Part shown: positions 17,096 to 26,746 of the stretch, one piece after another
Layout: every line of letters starts with the position of its first letter
Numbering within the stretch: the stretch's first letter is position 1
NCBI GenBank assembly: GCA_965204975.1
Contig: OZ242024.1
Span: 1,092,197 to 1,156,196 of the forward strand
Source of the DNA: Dehalococcoidia bacterium
GTDB lineage: Bacteria > Chloroflexota > Dehalococcoidia > Lucifugimonadales > CAJWER01
Direction of reading: 5' to 3'
DNA length: 64,000 bases
Translations under genes and position numbers: made by a program
Notes under the pieces: model-generated
What the model saw: only the letters and a program-made list of their open reading frames with translations
What the model was told of the DNA's origin: nothing
Databases searched by the model: none

Positions 17096-18994
17096 ATGGG
17101 CTTTCTCGTAGACACGTGGCGAAGCATCGGCGCCCGGCTGTACCTGGCCCTGGGCTTCGCGGTGCTCCTGACACTTGCATCCAGCGCGGTGGGCGTCTAC
17201 TACTTCGAGCAAAGCGGCGACCTGAATTTCCGGGTCCGGTCGGAGTCCGTGCCGGTGCTGGAGGCTTCCTGGGCTGCCGCGAACGAGGCCGAGCGCCTTC
17301 GATCCATCGGGCTGGGACTGCTTGGCGAGTCCGGCTCCGGCTCGGCGCAGGTGCAGGCGGGCTCCGTAACCGAGACGCTCGAGCGACTGGAAGATGCGCT
17401 GGCCCCCGTGAGCGGCGTGACGGCGCTCGAAGCGGGCGCCAACTCCGTTTATGATGCGGCCTTCGAATTGGCCGATGTGATTGATGAAATAGAGTTCCAG
17501 CGCACGGCACTGGCAGAGACAGACGCGGCGGCGGCACGCCTGTGGTCCAGACTAAGCATACTAGTCGATGACAGCGGCCTGTCCGACAAGCCCCTGTCGG
17601 CGCTGGTCAGGGCATCACAGGCCGAGGACGCAGTAGCTCTAGAAAGCTTGGGGAGCGAGTTCCTAGCGGTGTCTTCCGACGGGGTCGATCCAGCGATAGG
17701 TGCGCTGAGCGGCGACCAGGGTGTGTTCGTGACTCGCGGCCTGCAGTTGGCGTTGCAGGCCAAGATCAGGGAGCTGTCCACAACCTTCGATGAGTCGAGC
17801 CGGGTGCTGGATGAGTCCGTCTCGGCGCTGCTGACGGCGTCGAGGCTCGAAGCCTCCGCCGCGCTGGACTCGGCCGTCGAGACTTTCGACGAGGGGCGTG
17901 TTCTGCTGGCAATCGTGAGCGTGGCGAGCGTGGTGGCGGCGGTCCTCGCGGCCTGGCTGTGGGTGGGCAACGCAGTGGTGCGAAAGCTGTCCCGCCTGTC
18001 GGACCGTATGCGGGCGATGGCGAGCGGCGACCTGGAGACCCCAGTCCCCGAGGTTGGACAGGACGAGATCGGTCAACTCGCAGACGCGCTGGAGGTCTTC
18101 CGGCAGCAGGCGCTGGAGGTCCAGAGGCTGAACCTCGTGGAGCGCCTGTACGGCGAGCTGCGGGAAGCGAACGAGGAGCTGCAGCGGATGCAGGACCGCC
18201 TCGTAGCACAGGGGAAGCTGGCGGCCCTGGGAGAGCTGGTGTCCGGCGTCGCCCACGAGATCAGCAACCCGCTGAACTTCGTGAAGAACTTCTCAGAGGG
18301 CTCGCTGGAGCTGTATAACGAGATGACGGAGACGCTCACCACCTACCGCAGTGGCATGTCGGAGGACGACGCGGAGGCTCTCGACATGATCGGCGAGGAG
18401 CTGACCGAGAGCCTGGACAGGGTCAATACAAACGGGGCCCGGGCGCTCGCTATCGTCGAGCGCATGCAGGGGCTCGGGGTAGTGGGCGGAGAGCCGATCC
18501 CGACGGACCTGAACGCAGCCCTGCGGACGGCCGTCCAGACGGGTTGCAATACCTTCCAGGTGGAGTGGGACGATTTCACGGTGGAGCCGACTTTCGACCT
18601 GGACTCGTCCCTGGAGCGGGTGCCGCTGGTGGAGCAAGATTTCGCACAGGCTGTGGTCAACCTGGTGTCGAACGCCTGCTATTCGATGCGCCTGAAGAAA
18701 GGCGAGCAGGGAGACGGATACGAACCCGAGCTCGTGGCGTCCACACGCGTCGGTGAGGATGCGGTCGAGGTCCGAATCCGGGACAACGGGGCAGGCATCG
18801 CGGACGACGTATTCGACAAGATATTCAATCCATTCTTCTCGACCCGGGAGGGCGCGCTGGGGGCAGGCCTGGGCCTGCCTATTGCGGCAGACGTAGCCCG
18901 GCGGGCCGGGGGAGACCTGTCAGCCAAGACTGCGCACGGCGAGTACGCAGAGTTCACGATGAGTCTGCCGATGGTTGGCCCCGCCTCGGCTTAG
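17096..18994 (+). CDS. sensor histidine kinase with HAMP domain
   Basis: Two TM segments bracket a ~230-aa extracytoplasmic region. HAMP (GDLETPVPEVGQDEIGQLADAL), H-box VSGVAHEISNPLNF, N-box LVSNACYS, G-boxes IRDNGAGI and GAGLGLPIA. Confidence 0.85.
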   Translation: MGFLVDTWRSIGARLYLALGFAVLLTLASSAVGVYYFEQSGDLNFRVRSESVPVLEASWAAANEAERLRSIGLGLLGESGSGSAQVQAGSVTETLERLEDALAPVSGVTALEAGANSVYDAAFELADVIDEIEFQRTALAETDAAAARLWSRLSILVDDSGLSDKPLSALVRASQAEDAVALESLGSEFLAVSSDGVDPAIGALSGDQGVFVTRGLQLALQAKIRELSTTFDESSRVLDESVSALLTASRLEASAALDSAVETFDEGRVLLAIVSVASVVAAVLAAWLWVGNAVVRKLSRLSDRMRAMASGDLETPVPEVGQDEIGQLADALEVFRQQALEVQRLNLVERLYGELREANEELQRMQDRLVAQGKLAALGELVSGVAHEISNPLNFVKNFSEGSLELYNEMTETLTTYRSGMSEDDAEALDMIGEELTESLDRVNTNGARALAIVERMQGLGVVGGEPIPTDLNAALRTAVQTGCNTFQVEWDDFTVEPTFDLDSSLERVPLVEQDFAQAVVNLVSNACYSMRLKKGEQGDGYEPELVASTRVGEDAVEVRIRDNGAGIADDVFDKIFNPFFSTREGALGAGLGLPIAADVARRAGGDLSAKTAHGEYAEFTMSLPMVGPASA

Positions 18995-19072
18995 CCCCAG
19001 CGACCGCCGCAATCGAAGCCGGCCTCCCGCCCCTCATACCGGCCAGCATCAGGACGCGCTGGCAATCCGCTA

Positions 19073-19101
19073 TTGACACCGCCCAACTGCGCCATTAATA
19101 T
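19073..19101 (+). promoter_or_regulatory. sigma-70-like promoter TTGACA-17 nt-TAATAT
   Basis: Consensus -35 at 19073-19078 and near-consensus -10 at 19096-19101, upstream of the DrrA-like ABC gene. Confidence 0.5.
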
Positions 19102-19145
19102 AGAACACCTGTTTGCCGCTTCAGGCTATCAAAAGGAGACTGGAT

Positions 19146-20117
19146 TTGAGCGAATACGCAGTGAAAGCCAGTTCCCTCTCGCGCAACTTCGGCGGGGTGA
19201 GGGCCGTAGATTCGGTGGACCTGGCGGTCCCCGTTGGCGAGATATACGGCTTCCTGGGTCCGAACGGCGCCGGGAAGACGACGGTCGTCAGGATGCTGAC
19301 GACGCTGCTGCTGCCTACGAGCGGGTCCGCGCAGGTCGCCGGGCACGACATAGTCAAGGATCCCACAGACGTACGGCTGAAGATGGGAGCCGCCCTGCAG
19401 GAGGCCGCGCTGGACGACAAGCAGACGGGCCGGGAGCTGCTCGATCTGCAGGGCCGCCTCTACGGATTGAGGGGCCGCGCCATCAGGCAGCGCATCGAGG
19501 AGCTGACCGAACTGGTCGACATCGGCGAGGCGATGGACCGGCTCATCGGCACCTACTCCGGCGGCATGAAGAGGAGGCTCGACCTGGCCGCGGCGCTGAT
19601 CCACGACCCGGAGATCCTGTTCCTGGACGAGCCCACGACCGGGCTGGACCCGATCAGCCGCGTGAAGGTGTGGGAGGAGGTGCGCCGGGTCAACTGCGAG
19701 AGGGGAGTGACCATATTCCTGACGACGCAGTACCTGGAGGAGGCCGACCATCTAGCACAGCGCGTCGGCATCATCGACCAGGGCAGGATAGTGGCCGAGG
19801 GAGCGCCCGGGGACCTGAAGCACTCGATCGGCTCCGACGTAATCGTCGCCAGGGTCGAGGGTAAGACGAGCGGCGCGGCGAAGGCCTGCGAGCGGGTGCG
19901 AGGGGTCGAGAGCGTCGAGGTACACGGCGACGAGCTTACGGTCAGCGTTGACGAGGGCGCCAAGGTGATCGGCCCCGTGGCGATAGCCCTGGACCAGTCA
20001 GGCGTAACCGTGCAGGAAATCACCCTGCGAACGGCGACGCTGGACGATGTGTTCCTCCACTACACGGGGGCACGCCTCGAGGTGGACGCAGGAATCGACG
20101 AAGGAGAGGCGGCATGA
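19146..20117 (+). CDS. ABC transporter ATP-binding protein (DrrA/ABC-2 exporter type)
   Basis: Walker A GPNGAGKTT, signature YSGGMKRR, Walker B LFLDEP. TTG start at 19146 chosen because AAAGGAGA lies 7 nt upstream, whereas the ORF-track TTG at 19113 sits almost on the predicted promoter. Confidence 0.9.
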   Translation: MSEYAVKASSLSRNFGGVRAVDSVDLAVPVGEIYGFLGPNGAGKTTVVRMLTTLLLPTSGSAQVAGHDIVKDPTDVRLKMGAALQEAALDDKQTGRELLDLQGRLYGLRGRAIRQRIEELTELVDIGEAMDRLIGTYSGGMKRRLDLAAALIHDPEILFLDEPTTGLDPISRVKVWEEVRRVNCERGVTIFLTTQYLEEADHLAQRVGIIDQGRIVAEGAPGDLKHSIGSDVIVARVEGKTSGAAKACERVRGVESVEVHGDELTVSVDEGAKVIGPVAIALDQSGVTVQEITLRTATLDDVFLHYTGARLEVDAGIDEGEAA

Positions 20118-20911
20118 CGGCGACAGAACGGCTCCAGGTGCAGGCGAGAAGGGGTGGATTCTTCCGCGACGTAGCCGCGGTATCGAAGAGGGCGCTGCGC
20201 TCGGTAGTGCGCGACCCCGAGATGGTCATACCGGCTCTCATCATCCCCGTCTTCTTCTTCGCGGTCAACATCGGCGCGCTCCAGGACATCGTGGAGCAGA
20301 ACGGCATTGTCGACTTCAAGGCGTTCCAGCTGCCGGTCGCACTGCTCTTCGCAGTGACGGGAATATCCAGGGCGGTGACGCTGGTGCTGGACATACAGAG
20401 CGGCTACTTCGACCGGCTGGCCATGACGCCCGTGCGCCGGCTGGCGCTGTTGCTGGGACTGATGGTGGCGGACGTGGCGCTGGTGATCGTGATGGCGATT
20501 CCGGTGCTGATGATGGGGTTCGCGGTGGGTGTGCGCTTCGAGACGGGCGTGCTGGGGGTGTTTGCCTTCGTGGGCATAGCGGCCCTGTGGAGCCTGGTCT
20601 ATGCGGGATTCCCGTACGCCATCGCCCTCAAGACCGGCAACCCGGCGGCGGTCAACACGAGCTTCATCATCTTCTTCCCGTTCGTGTTCCTGACGCCCAT
20701 CTTCATTCCACTGGAGGCGATGACGGGCTGGATGTCGACTATGGCAACGTACAACCCCGTCACCTACCTGCTCAGCTCGCTCCGCACCATTGTCAGCGTC
20801 GGATGGGACGTGGAGGAGATCGGCAAGGGGCTGATCTCCATCGCAGGAGTCGGGGCAGTCAGCCTCACGCTCGCCCTGCTGGCTCTGCGGGGGCGCGTGA
20901 CCCGGCGATAG
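20114..20911 (+). CDS. ABC-2 type transporter permease (DrrB-like)
   Basis: ATGA overlap with the ATPase gene. Six hydrophobic segments. Confidence 0.85.
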   Translation: MTATERLQVQARRGGFFRDVAAVSKRALRSVVRDPEMVIPALIIPVFFFAVNIGALQDIVEQNGIVDFKAFQLPVALLFAVTGISRAVTLVLDIQSGYFDRLAMTPVRRLALLLGLMVADVALVIVMAIPVLMMGFAVGVRFETGVLGVFAFVGIAALWSLVYAGFPYAIALKTGNPAAVNTSFIIFFPFVFLTPIFIPLEAMTGWMSTMATYNPVTYLLSSLRTIVSVGWDVEEIGKGLISIAGVGAVSLTLALLALRGRVTRR

Positions 20912-20971
20912 GGAGACGCACCCTTGACCTACACTCTCGCCACTTCGCTGGGCTGAGAGGGCCTGCGCTGC

Positions 20972-22258
20972 CTAGCTGGGAGTTCCTCCCGGGGCCTTCT
21001 CCAACCGCATCCCGGGATTGGCATCCGGGACTGTCTCCCGGCGCATGGATGGGACCAGCAGGGCGATCAGGGATAGTGCGCCGATACCCATCACGGCGTT
21101 GATCGAGAGTGCGATGGGCGCGCCCATCGCGTTTGCGACGAAACCCGTGATCAGCATGCCGATGGGCCCGCCGCCAATCCCGAGGCTCATGGCTCCCAGC
21201 GCTGCTCCACGCATCTCGTCTCTCGGCAGCAGCATCGTCAGCGACATCTGCATGGTGTTGAATCCCGCGTTGCCGAGTCCGGCGATCACCACTACGGCCA
21301 GCGAGAGGGCATAGGACCTGGATAGCGAGAATACGAGCACTGCAAGCAGAAGCAGCATGGAGCCGGCGATGTAGACCCGGCCGTGGTACCGGATGTTGAC
21401 CGCCGAGGCCACCAGGAGCGCGCCCACCAACGCTCCCACCCCGTGCCCGCTCAGCAGTATTCCCATGAGCTCCGGGGGCACCATCAGGATATCGCGAGCC
21501 ATGACGGGGGTCATGTTCACATATGGCGTGACGGTGATGTTGATGACGAAGGCAATCGCGACGGTTGCCAACAGGGTGTGGCGGCCCGCCACGTACTTCA
21601 GGCCTGTGACCAGGGTACCGGCTATCTGCATGTCGCCCAGGCTGCGGCGCATATGCGGCGGCGAATCGAGCTTCCAGAGGAGCAGGAGCGAGGCGCCCAG
21701 CGACACCGCCAGCACCATGTAGCCGGCGGCCACACCCGCGCCCCCGATCAGGAATCCCGCCAGGGCCGGGCCGAGGATGGCGCTGGTGTTCCCGCCAAGG
21801 GTGTCCAGCGCCACGGCGTTGGTCACCCGGTCCCGGCCGACAATGTCGTGGATGAGGGAGCGGCGCGAGGCCATTCCCAGCGCATAGCACGACCCGGTGA
21901 CCAGGACCGCGGCGTATGCGTGCCAGACCTGTACCCGGTCCAATGCCAGGACTGCTGCCAGGATGACGACCGTAGCCAGGTTGATCGCCAGGGTCGTTGC
22001 GAAGAGCCTTTTGCGGTTGGTGGTGTCGGCAAGCGCGCCGCCCACTACGCCAAGCAGTAGCAGGGGCGTCCATCCGAAGACTCCCACCAGGGCAACGTTG
22101 AGCTCGGAGTCGGTCATTTCCAGGACGAGCCAGGTCAGCAGGGTCGCTTCCATGGATCGGGACGCGAGGGATAGCACGCTGCACAGCCAGAGGAGCCGGA
22201 AGTTCGGGTCGCGAAGGGCCGTGACGGTCCGCGCGAGGTGAGCGGTTGGTGATGGCAA
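20972..22258 (-). CDS. MFS transporter
   Basis: 12-TM-like protein with N-terminus LRDPNFRLLWLCSVLS typical of the MFS_3/EntS-like group. Confidence 0.85.
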   Translation of the reverse strand: MPSPTAHLARTVTALRDPNFRLLWLCSVLSLASRSMEATLLTWLVLEMTDSELNVALVGVFGWTPLLLLGVVGGALADTTNRKRLFATTLAINLATVVILAAVLALDRVQVWHAYAAVLVTGSCYALGMASRRSLIHDIVGRDRVTNAVALDTLGGNTSAILGPALAGFLIGGAGVAAGYMVLAVSLGASLLLLWKLDSPPHMRRSLGDMQIAGTLVTGLKYVAGRHTLLATVAIAFVINITVTPYVNMTPVMARDILMVPPELMGILLSGHGVGALVGALLVASAVNIRYHGRVYIAGSMLLLLAVLVFSLSRSYALSLAVVVIAGLGNAGFNTMQMSLTMLLPRDEMRGAALGAMSLGIGGGPIGMLITGFVANAMGAPIALSINAVMGIGALSLIALLVPSMRRETVPDANPGMRLEKAPGGTPS

Positions 22259-22444
22259 GTGCTGTGCGTCCTGTGCCTGTGTACAGGCCTGGGCAGGGGG
22301 AGTTTATACCAGCACGCCGGGATGCGGCTATATGCGGCCGGGCCAGGAAACGGCGAGCACCCCGGCGTTTCGTCGTCCCCTCACAGAGTCGCGGCCGACC
22401 CCTGCCCTGGTCCTTCGGCGGAGCCTCGGGACGACATTTGAACG

Positions 22445-22474
22445 TTGACACGCAAGTGACGGCGCTCCTAGACT
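22445..22474 (+). promoter_or_regulatory. possible promoter TTGACA-18 nt-TAGACT
   Basis: Consensus -35, weaker -10, about 45 nt upstream of the aldo/keto reductase start. Confidence 0.3.
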
Positions 22475-22517
22475 AACGAGCTATCACCCCGGCTAGCGGT
22501 CGGGTCCAGGAGCGGGC

Positions 22518-23480
22518 ATGAGACTAAAGCGTATGGGCACGGATGGGCCGGAGGTGCCGGTAGTATGCTTCGGCACATGGCCGCTGGGCGGTGCATACGG
22601 CGGATACGAGGAGTCGAACGCGATCTCGACGATGCATGCGGCTATGGACGCCGGCCTGACGTTCATCGACACGGCCGAGGGATACATGAACGCCGAGGCC
22701 ATTATCGGCAAGTCGATCAAGGGCCGGCGGGACGAGCTTTTCATAGCTACGAAGGTGTCCGGCGACGATCACTCGACCGAGCACATCCACCAGGCGCTGG
22801 ACAACAGCCTCCGGCTCATGGGCACCGACCACGTCGACCTCTATCAGCTCCACCGTGCAACTGAGCGGCCCATCGAGGACACGATGGGCGACCTGCTCAG
22901 GCTGCAGGACGAGGGCAAGATCAGGTACCTCGGCATATCGAACTTCTCGGCGGAGGAGATCGACGAGGCCGCAGGATTCGGGCGGATCCACAGCGGCCAG
23001 CCCAGGTACAACATGCTTTTCCGCGAAGTCGAGGACGATCTGCTGCCCGCGTACCAGCGCAACGGCATCGGCGTGATGGCGCACTCGGTGCTCGCGAAGG
23101 GGCTGCTCGGCGGGCGATACAAGCCGGGCGACACCTTCCCGCTCGACGACGAGCGCTCGGGGTGGCCGGCGTTCAAGGGCGAGTCGTTCCGGCACACATA
23201 CGAGGTCACCCAGCGATTGCAGGGGTGGGCGAAGGACCGCGGGCGGGACATCGTGCAACTTGCCATCGCATGGCCGGTCGCGAATCCTGCCGTGTATACG
23301 AGCATAGTGGGCGCACGGAAGCCGGAGGACCTGGCGGTCCTGGCGGAGGCGGGAAGCTGGGAGTTGTCGGCGCAGGAGCTGGAAGAGATAGAGGATATCC
23401 AGGGCGACCACCGGCTCTACATGGAAGACCAGATGGTGCCCGAGCAGCGGGCATGGCACGAGCGCCAGGGCCGATCCTGA
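22518..23480 (+). CDS. aldo/keto reductase
   Basis: FGTWPLGG, IDTAEGY and DLYQLHR AKR motifs. 320 aa. Confidence 0.9.
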   Translation: MRLKRMGTDGPEVPVVCFGTWPLGGAYGGYEESNAISTMHAAMDAGLTFIDTAEGYMNAEAIIGKSIKGRRDELFIATKVSGDDHSTEHIHQALDNSLRLMGTDHVDLYQLHRATERPIEDTMGDLLRLQDEGKIRYLGISNFSAEEIDEAAGFGRIHSGQPRYNMLFREVEDDLLPAYQRNGIGVMAHSVLAKGLLGGRYKPGDTFPLDDERSGWPAFKGESFRHTYEVTQRLQGWAKDRGRDIVQLAIAWPVANPAVYTSIVGARKPEDLAVLAEAGSWELSAQELEEIEDIQGDHRLYMEDQMVPEQRAWHERQGRS

Positions 23481-23541
23481 TCCGTTCCTGCCCGTCCGGG
23501 CTCAACACACGAACCAGACCACATTAAGGAGTGACCAAGCT

Positions 23542-24006
23542 ATGACTATACAAGTTGGCGAACAGGCCCCTGATTTCACCCTACCCTCCTCGTCCGGCTC
23601 GGACGTGACCCTGTCCGACCTGAAGGGCAAGAAGGTCGTGTTGTACACATATCCCAAGGACGACACGCCGGGGTGCACCGTGGAGGCTTGCGGGTTCCGC
23701 GACGGGCTCGGCAGCATCGAGGGCGCAGGCGCGGTGGTGCTCGGGATGAGCGCGGACGGCATGGACTCGCACCATGAGTTCATCGGCAAGTACAACCTGA
23801 ACTTCGAGCTGCTGTCCGACGAGGACAATTCGGTGATCAAGACGTACGGGGCCTGGGGCGAGAAGGAGGTCCGCGGACAGAAGATGATCGGCATCCTGCG
23901 CATGACCTTCCTGATCGACGAAGAGGGCCGCGTTCAGAACGTCTGGCCCCAGGTGACGCCGGACGGCCACGCTGACGAGGTGCTCGAGGCCATACGTGCC
24001 GGGTAG
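23542..24006 (+). CDS. bcp: thioredoxin-dependent peroxiredoxin (Bcp/PrxQ)
   Basis: APDFTLP, VVLYTYPKDDTPGCTVEAC (P-x-x-x-T-x-x-C) and HHEFIGKYNLNFELLSD. AAGGAG SD. Confidence 0.9.
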   Translation: MTIQVGEQAPDFTLPSSSGSDVTLSDLKGKKVVLYTYPKDDTPGCTVEACGFRDGLGSIEGAGAVVLGMSADGMDSHHEFIGKYNLNFELLSDEDNSVIKTYGAWGEKEVRGQKMIGILRMTFLIDEEGRVQNVWPQVTPDGHADEVLEAIRAG

Positions 24007-24012
24007 CAGGTA

Positions 24013-25665
24013 GTGCCCCAGGAGCGCGCCGGAGCCGGGACATCTCCGGCGCCCAACCGAGACACCCCGCCGTCTGGCGGCCGTCCCAAGCTGACGCGCC
24101 GCCAGACGGTGCTGACGATGGTGGGTGTGATGCTAGGCATTTTCCTGGCATCGCTCGACCAGACCATAGTCGGCACCGCGCTTCCCCGGATCGTCGCCGA
24201 CCTGGGCGGGTTCGACAGGTTCACCTGGATCACGTCGGCCTACATCGTGGCGTCCACGACGGTGGTCCCAATCGTGGGCCGGCTGTCCGACATGTACGGC
24301 CGGAAGGGCTTCTACGTGGCCGCGGTGGTGGTGTTCCTGATCGGCTCGGCGCTCGCCGGGCTGAGCCAGACGATGACCCAGCTCATCGCGTTCAGGGCCA
24401 TCCAGGGCATTGGAGGGGGCGCGCTGATGTCCCTGGCGTTCGTGGCGGTGGGCGACCTGTTCCCTCCGGCGGACCGGGGCAAGTACCAGGGCTTCGTCGC
24501 GGGGGTGTTCGGGATATCGTCGGTCATCGGGCCGATGCTGGGAGGCTTCATCACAGACACCCTGTCATGGAGCTGGATCTTCTACATCAACCTGCCCCTA
24601 GGCCTCCCGATCCTGTTCCTGTTGATCAGGTTCTTCCCCAACGTCAAACCGGCGGCCGTCTCCAGGCGAATCGACGTGGCGGGTATGGCCGCGCTGGTCG
24701 TTGCCATCGTATCGCTGCTGCTGGCGCTGTCGTGGGCGGACGTCCAGTACGAATGGCTGTCGGTCCAGATAGTCGGACTGCTGACATTGGCTGCCTTGTC
24801 CGCAACCACTCTCGTCCTCGTGCAGATGCGGGCCGCCGACCCAATCATGCCGCTGACCATATACCGGGAGCGGGTAGTCAGCCTTTCGATTTTCGCGATC
24901 GCATGCACCGGGTTCGGGATGTTCGGCACGATAGTCTTCATACCGCTCTACTTCCAAGGCGTCCTCGGCACCTCGGCCACCAGCAGCGGCAGCTTCCTGA
25001 CGCCGATGATGCTCGGTATCGTAGTGGGCGCGGCGATATCCGGACAGGCGCTGTCCCGGCTGGGCGGCCACTACCGGCTGCAGGGCCTTGCCGGGGTCGC
25101 GGGAATGTGTGCGGGCACGTTCCTGGTATCGACGATGTCGCCGGGCACCAGTTTCGGGGTTGCAGTGGCCTACATCGTCGTATTGGGATTCGGGCTCGGG
25201 ATCACATTCCCCTCGTTCACGATCGCCGTGCAGAACGCGGTGCCCCATAGCATGCTGGGCGCAGCCACGTCGGCGACGCAGTTTTACCGCTCGGTGGGAG
25301 GAGCGATGGGCCTGGCGGTGATGGGGTCGCTGATGGCCAGCCGGTTCGCCTCGGGCCTGTCGGAGTCGCTGACGCCGGCGATGAAGGAGGCGCTGCCTCC
25401 CGAACGGCTCGCCAAGCTGGGCAATGACCCCCAGACGGTGGTCGACCCCAACGCCCTTGCGTCCCTGCGAGAGTCCCTCGGGGGAGCGGGAGATCCGGCG
25501 CTGGCCGAGAGCCTGCTGGCGACACTTCGGGTGGCGCTGTCCAACGCCATCGGCGACACGTTCCTCGTGGGCGCCGGGATCCTCGCGCTGGCCGGGGCGG
25601 CCACGGTATTCATGAAGGAGTATCCCCTGTCCAAGGGGTGGGAAGGCGGCGGGCCTACGGCTTGA
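24013..25665 (+). CDS. MFS transporter, DHA2 (EmrB/QacA-like, 14-TM) family
   Basis: LASLDQTIVGTALPRI, GRLSDMYGRK and IQGIGGGALM motifs. 550 aa. Confidence 0.85.
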   Translation: MPQERAGAGTSPAPNRDTPPSGGRPKLTRRQTVLTMVGVMLGIFLASLDQTIVGTALPRIVADLGGFDRFTWITSAYIVASTTVVPIVGRLSDMYGRKGFYVAAVVVFLIGSALAGLSQTMTQLIAFRAIQGIGGGALMSLAFVAVGDLFPPADRGKYQGFVAGVFGISSVIGPMLGGFITDTLSWSWIFYINLPLGLPILFLLIRFFPNVKPAAVSRRIDVAGMAALVVAIVSLLLALSWADVQYEWLSVQIVGLLTLAALSATTLVLVQMRAADPIMPLTIYRERVVSLSIFAIACTGFGMFGTIVFIPLYFQGVLGTSATSSGSFLTPMMLGIVVGAAISGQALSRLGGHYRLQGLAGVAGMCAGTFLVSTMSPGTSFGVAVAYIVVLGFGLGITFPSFTIAVQNAVPHSMLGAATSATQFYRSVGGAMGLAVMGSLMASRFASGLSESLTPAMKEALPPERLAKLGNDPQTVVDPNALASLRESLGGAGDPALAESLLATLRVALSNAIGDTFLVGAGILALAGAATVFMKEYPLSKGWEGGGPTA

Positions 25666-26692
25666 GGATGAGCTTGCCGAACAGGCCCTGAGACTCCATG
25701 ACGCTGTGGGCTTCAGCGGCGTCACGGAGCGGGAATGTCTCGTGGATAACGCTCCTGATGACACGCTTGCCCGCCAGGTCGACGATCTTCCTGAGGTCCT
25801 CTTTACGGCCCATGAAGACGCCGAAGACCGTCTGGTTGCGCAGGAACAGCAGGCCAATCTGCAGGTCGACCTGGTACCCGGTCGTGACGCCGCAGATCCC
25901 GTAGCGCCCGCCCGGAGCGAGGGATGCCGACGCGGCCGGCCAGAAGTCAGCTCCCACGTGGTCGACGACGACGTTGACGCCGCGCCCTTCGGTCAGCTCC
26001 TTGACGCGCTGCCTGATGTCCTCGCGCGAGTACACGATCACCTCGTCCGCCCCAAGCTCGCGTGCCTTCTGGGCCTTTTCGTCGGTGCTAGTGGTGGCGA
26101 TCACCCTGGCTCCAACAACGTTCTTGGCGACCTGGATAGCCGCCGTGCCGACGCCGCTGGACGCCGAGAGGACGAGCGCCGTCTCCCAGGCCTGGAGCTG
26201 CGCTCTTCGAACCAGGATGTTCCAGCTGGGCAGGAAGACCGTAGGGAGTGCAGCTGCCTCCTCGTACGAGACCGAGTCGGGGATCCTAACGGCGTTGACG
26301 GCCGGGGCCTTAAGGAACTCAGCGTAGCTGCCGTTGGTGGTCGAGCCAAGCATGCTGGGGCTGATGCACAGCTCGTGCTCGCCGGCGACGCAGTACTGGC
26401 ACTGGGAGCACGTCAGCTTCGGGTTGATGACGACCCTGTCTCGCACACGAACCCGGGTGACCTCAGAGCCAACCTCGACCACGTCTCCGGCGGCGTCGCC
26501 ACCGAGGATGTGGGGCTGGTCGAGGCCGAGCCGCGTGCCTCTGACACCCAGCCTGGTGAAGACGTCCACGCGGTTGACGGCGCAAGCCCTGACACGGACC
26601 TTGACGTCGTTGGGCCCGATTACGGGGTCCGGCATGTCGCCGTAGGTGAGTACCTCGCGACCGCCGTGCTCTCGGATGTATACGGCCTTCAT
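25655..26692 (-). CDS. zinc-type alcohol dehydrogenase / quinone oxidoreductase (MDR superfamily)
   Basis: Start moved to the ATG preceded by AGGAG (MKAVYIREHGG). CSQCQYCVAGEHELC structural-zinc loop. SASSGVGTAAIQ nucleotide-binding loop. Confidence 0.85.
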   Translation of the reverse strand: MKAVYIREHGGREVLTYGDMPDPVIGPNDVKVRVRACAVNRVDVFTRLGVRGTRLGLDQPHILGGDAAGDVVEVGSEVTRVRVRDRVVINPKLTCSQCQYCVAGEHELCISPSMLGSTTNGSYAEFLKAPAVNAVRIPDSVSYEEAAALPTVFLPSWNILVRRAQLQAWETALVLSASSGVGTAAIQVAKNVVGARVIATTSTDEKAQKARELGADEVIVYSREDIRQRVKELTEGRGVNVVVDHVGADFWPAASASLAPGGRYGICGVTTGYQVDLQIGLLFLRNQTVFGVFMGRKEDLRKIVDLAGKRVIRSVIHETFPLRDAAEAHSVMESQGLFGKLILKP

Positions 26693-26746
26693 CTCATCTC
26701 CTGAACCGTCTGCACGGGAACGACGGCACATCCTCCCCCGTCACCT

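Noticed and set aside
20865-22451. 528-aa ORF in an alternative frame of the MFS transporter gene. Similar cases are 24598-25857, 16446-17537, 2584-3672, 12230-13252, 13361-14425 and 30826-31755.
   Set aside because: All are Arg/Pro/Gly/His-rich, lack any recognisable motif, and overlap genes with clear family signatures. They are typical high-GC shadow ORFs.
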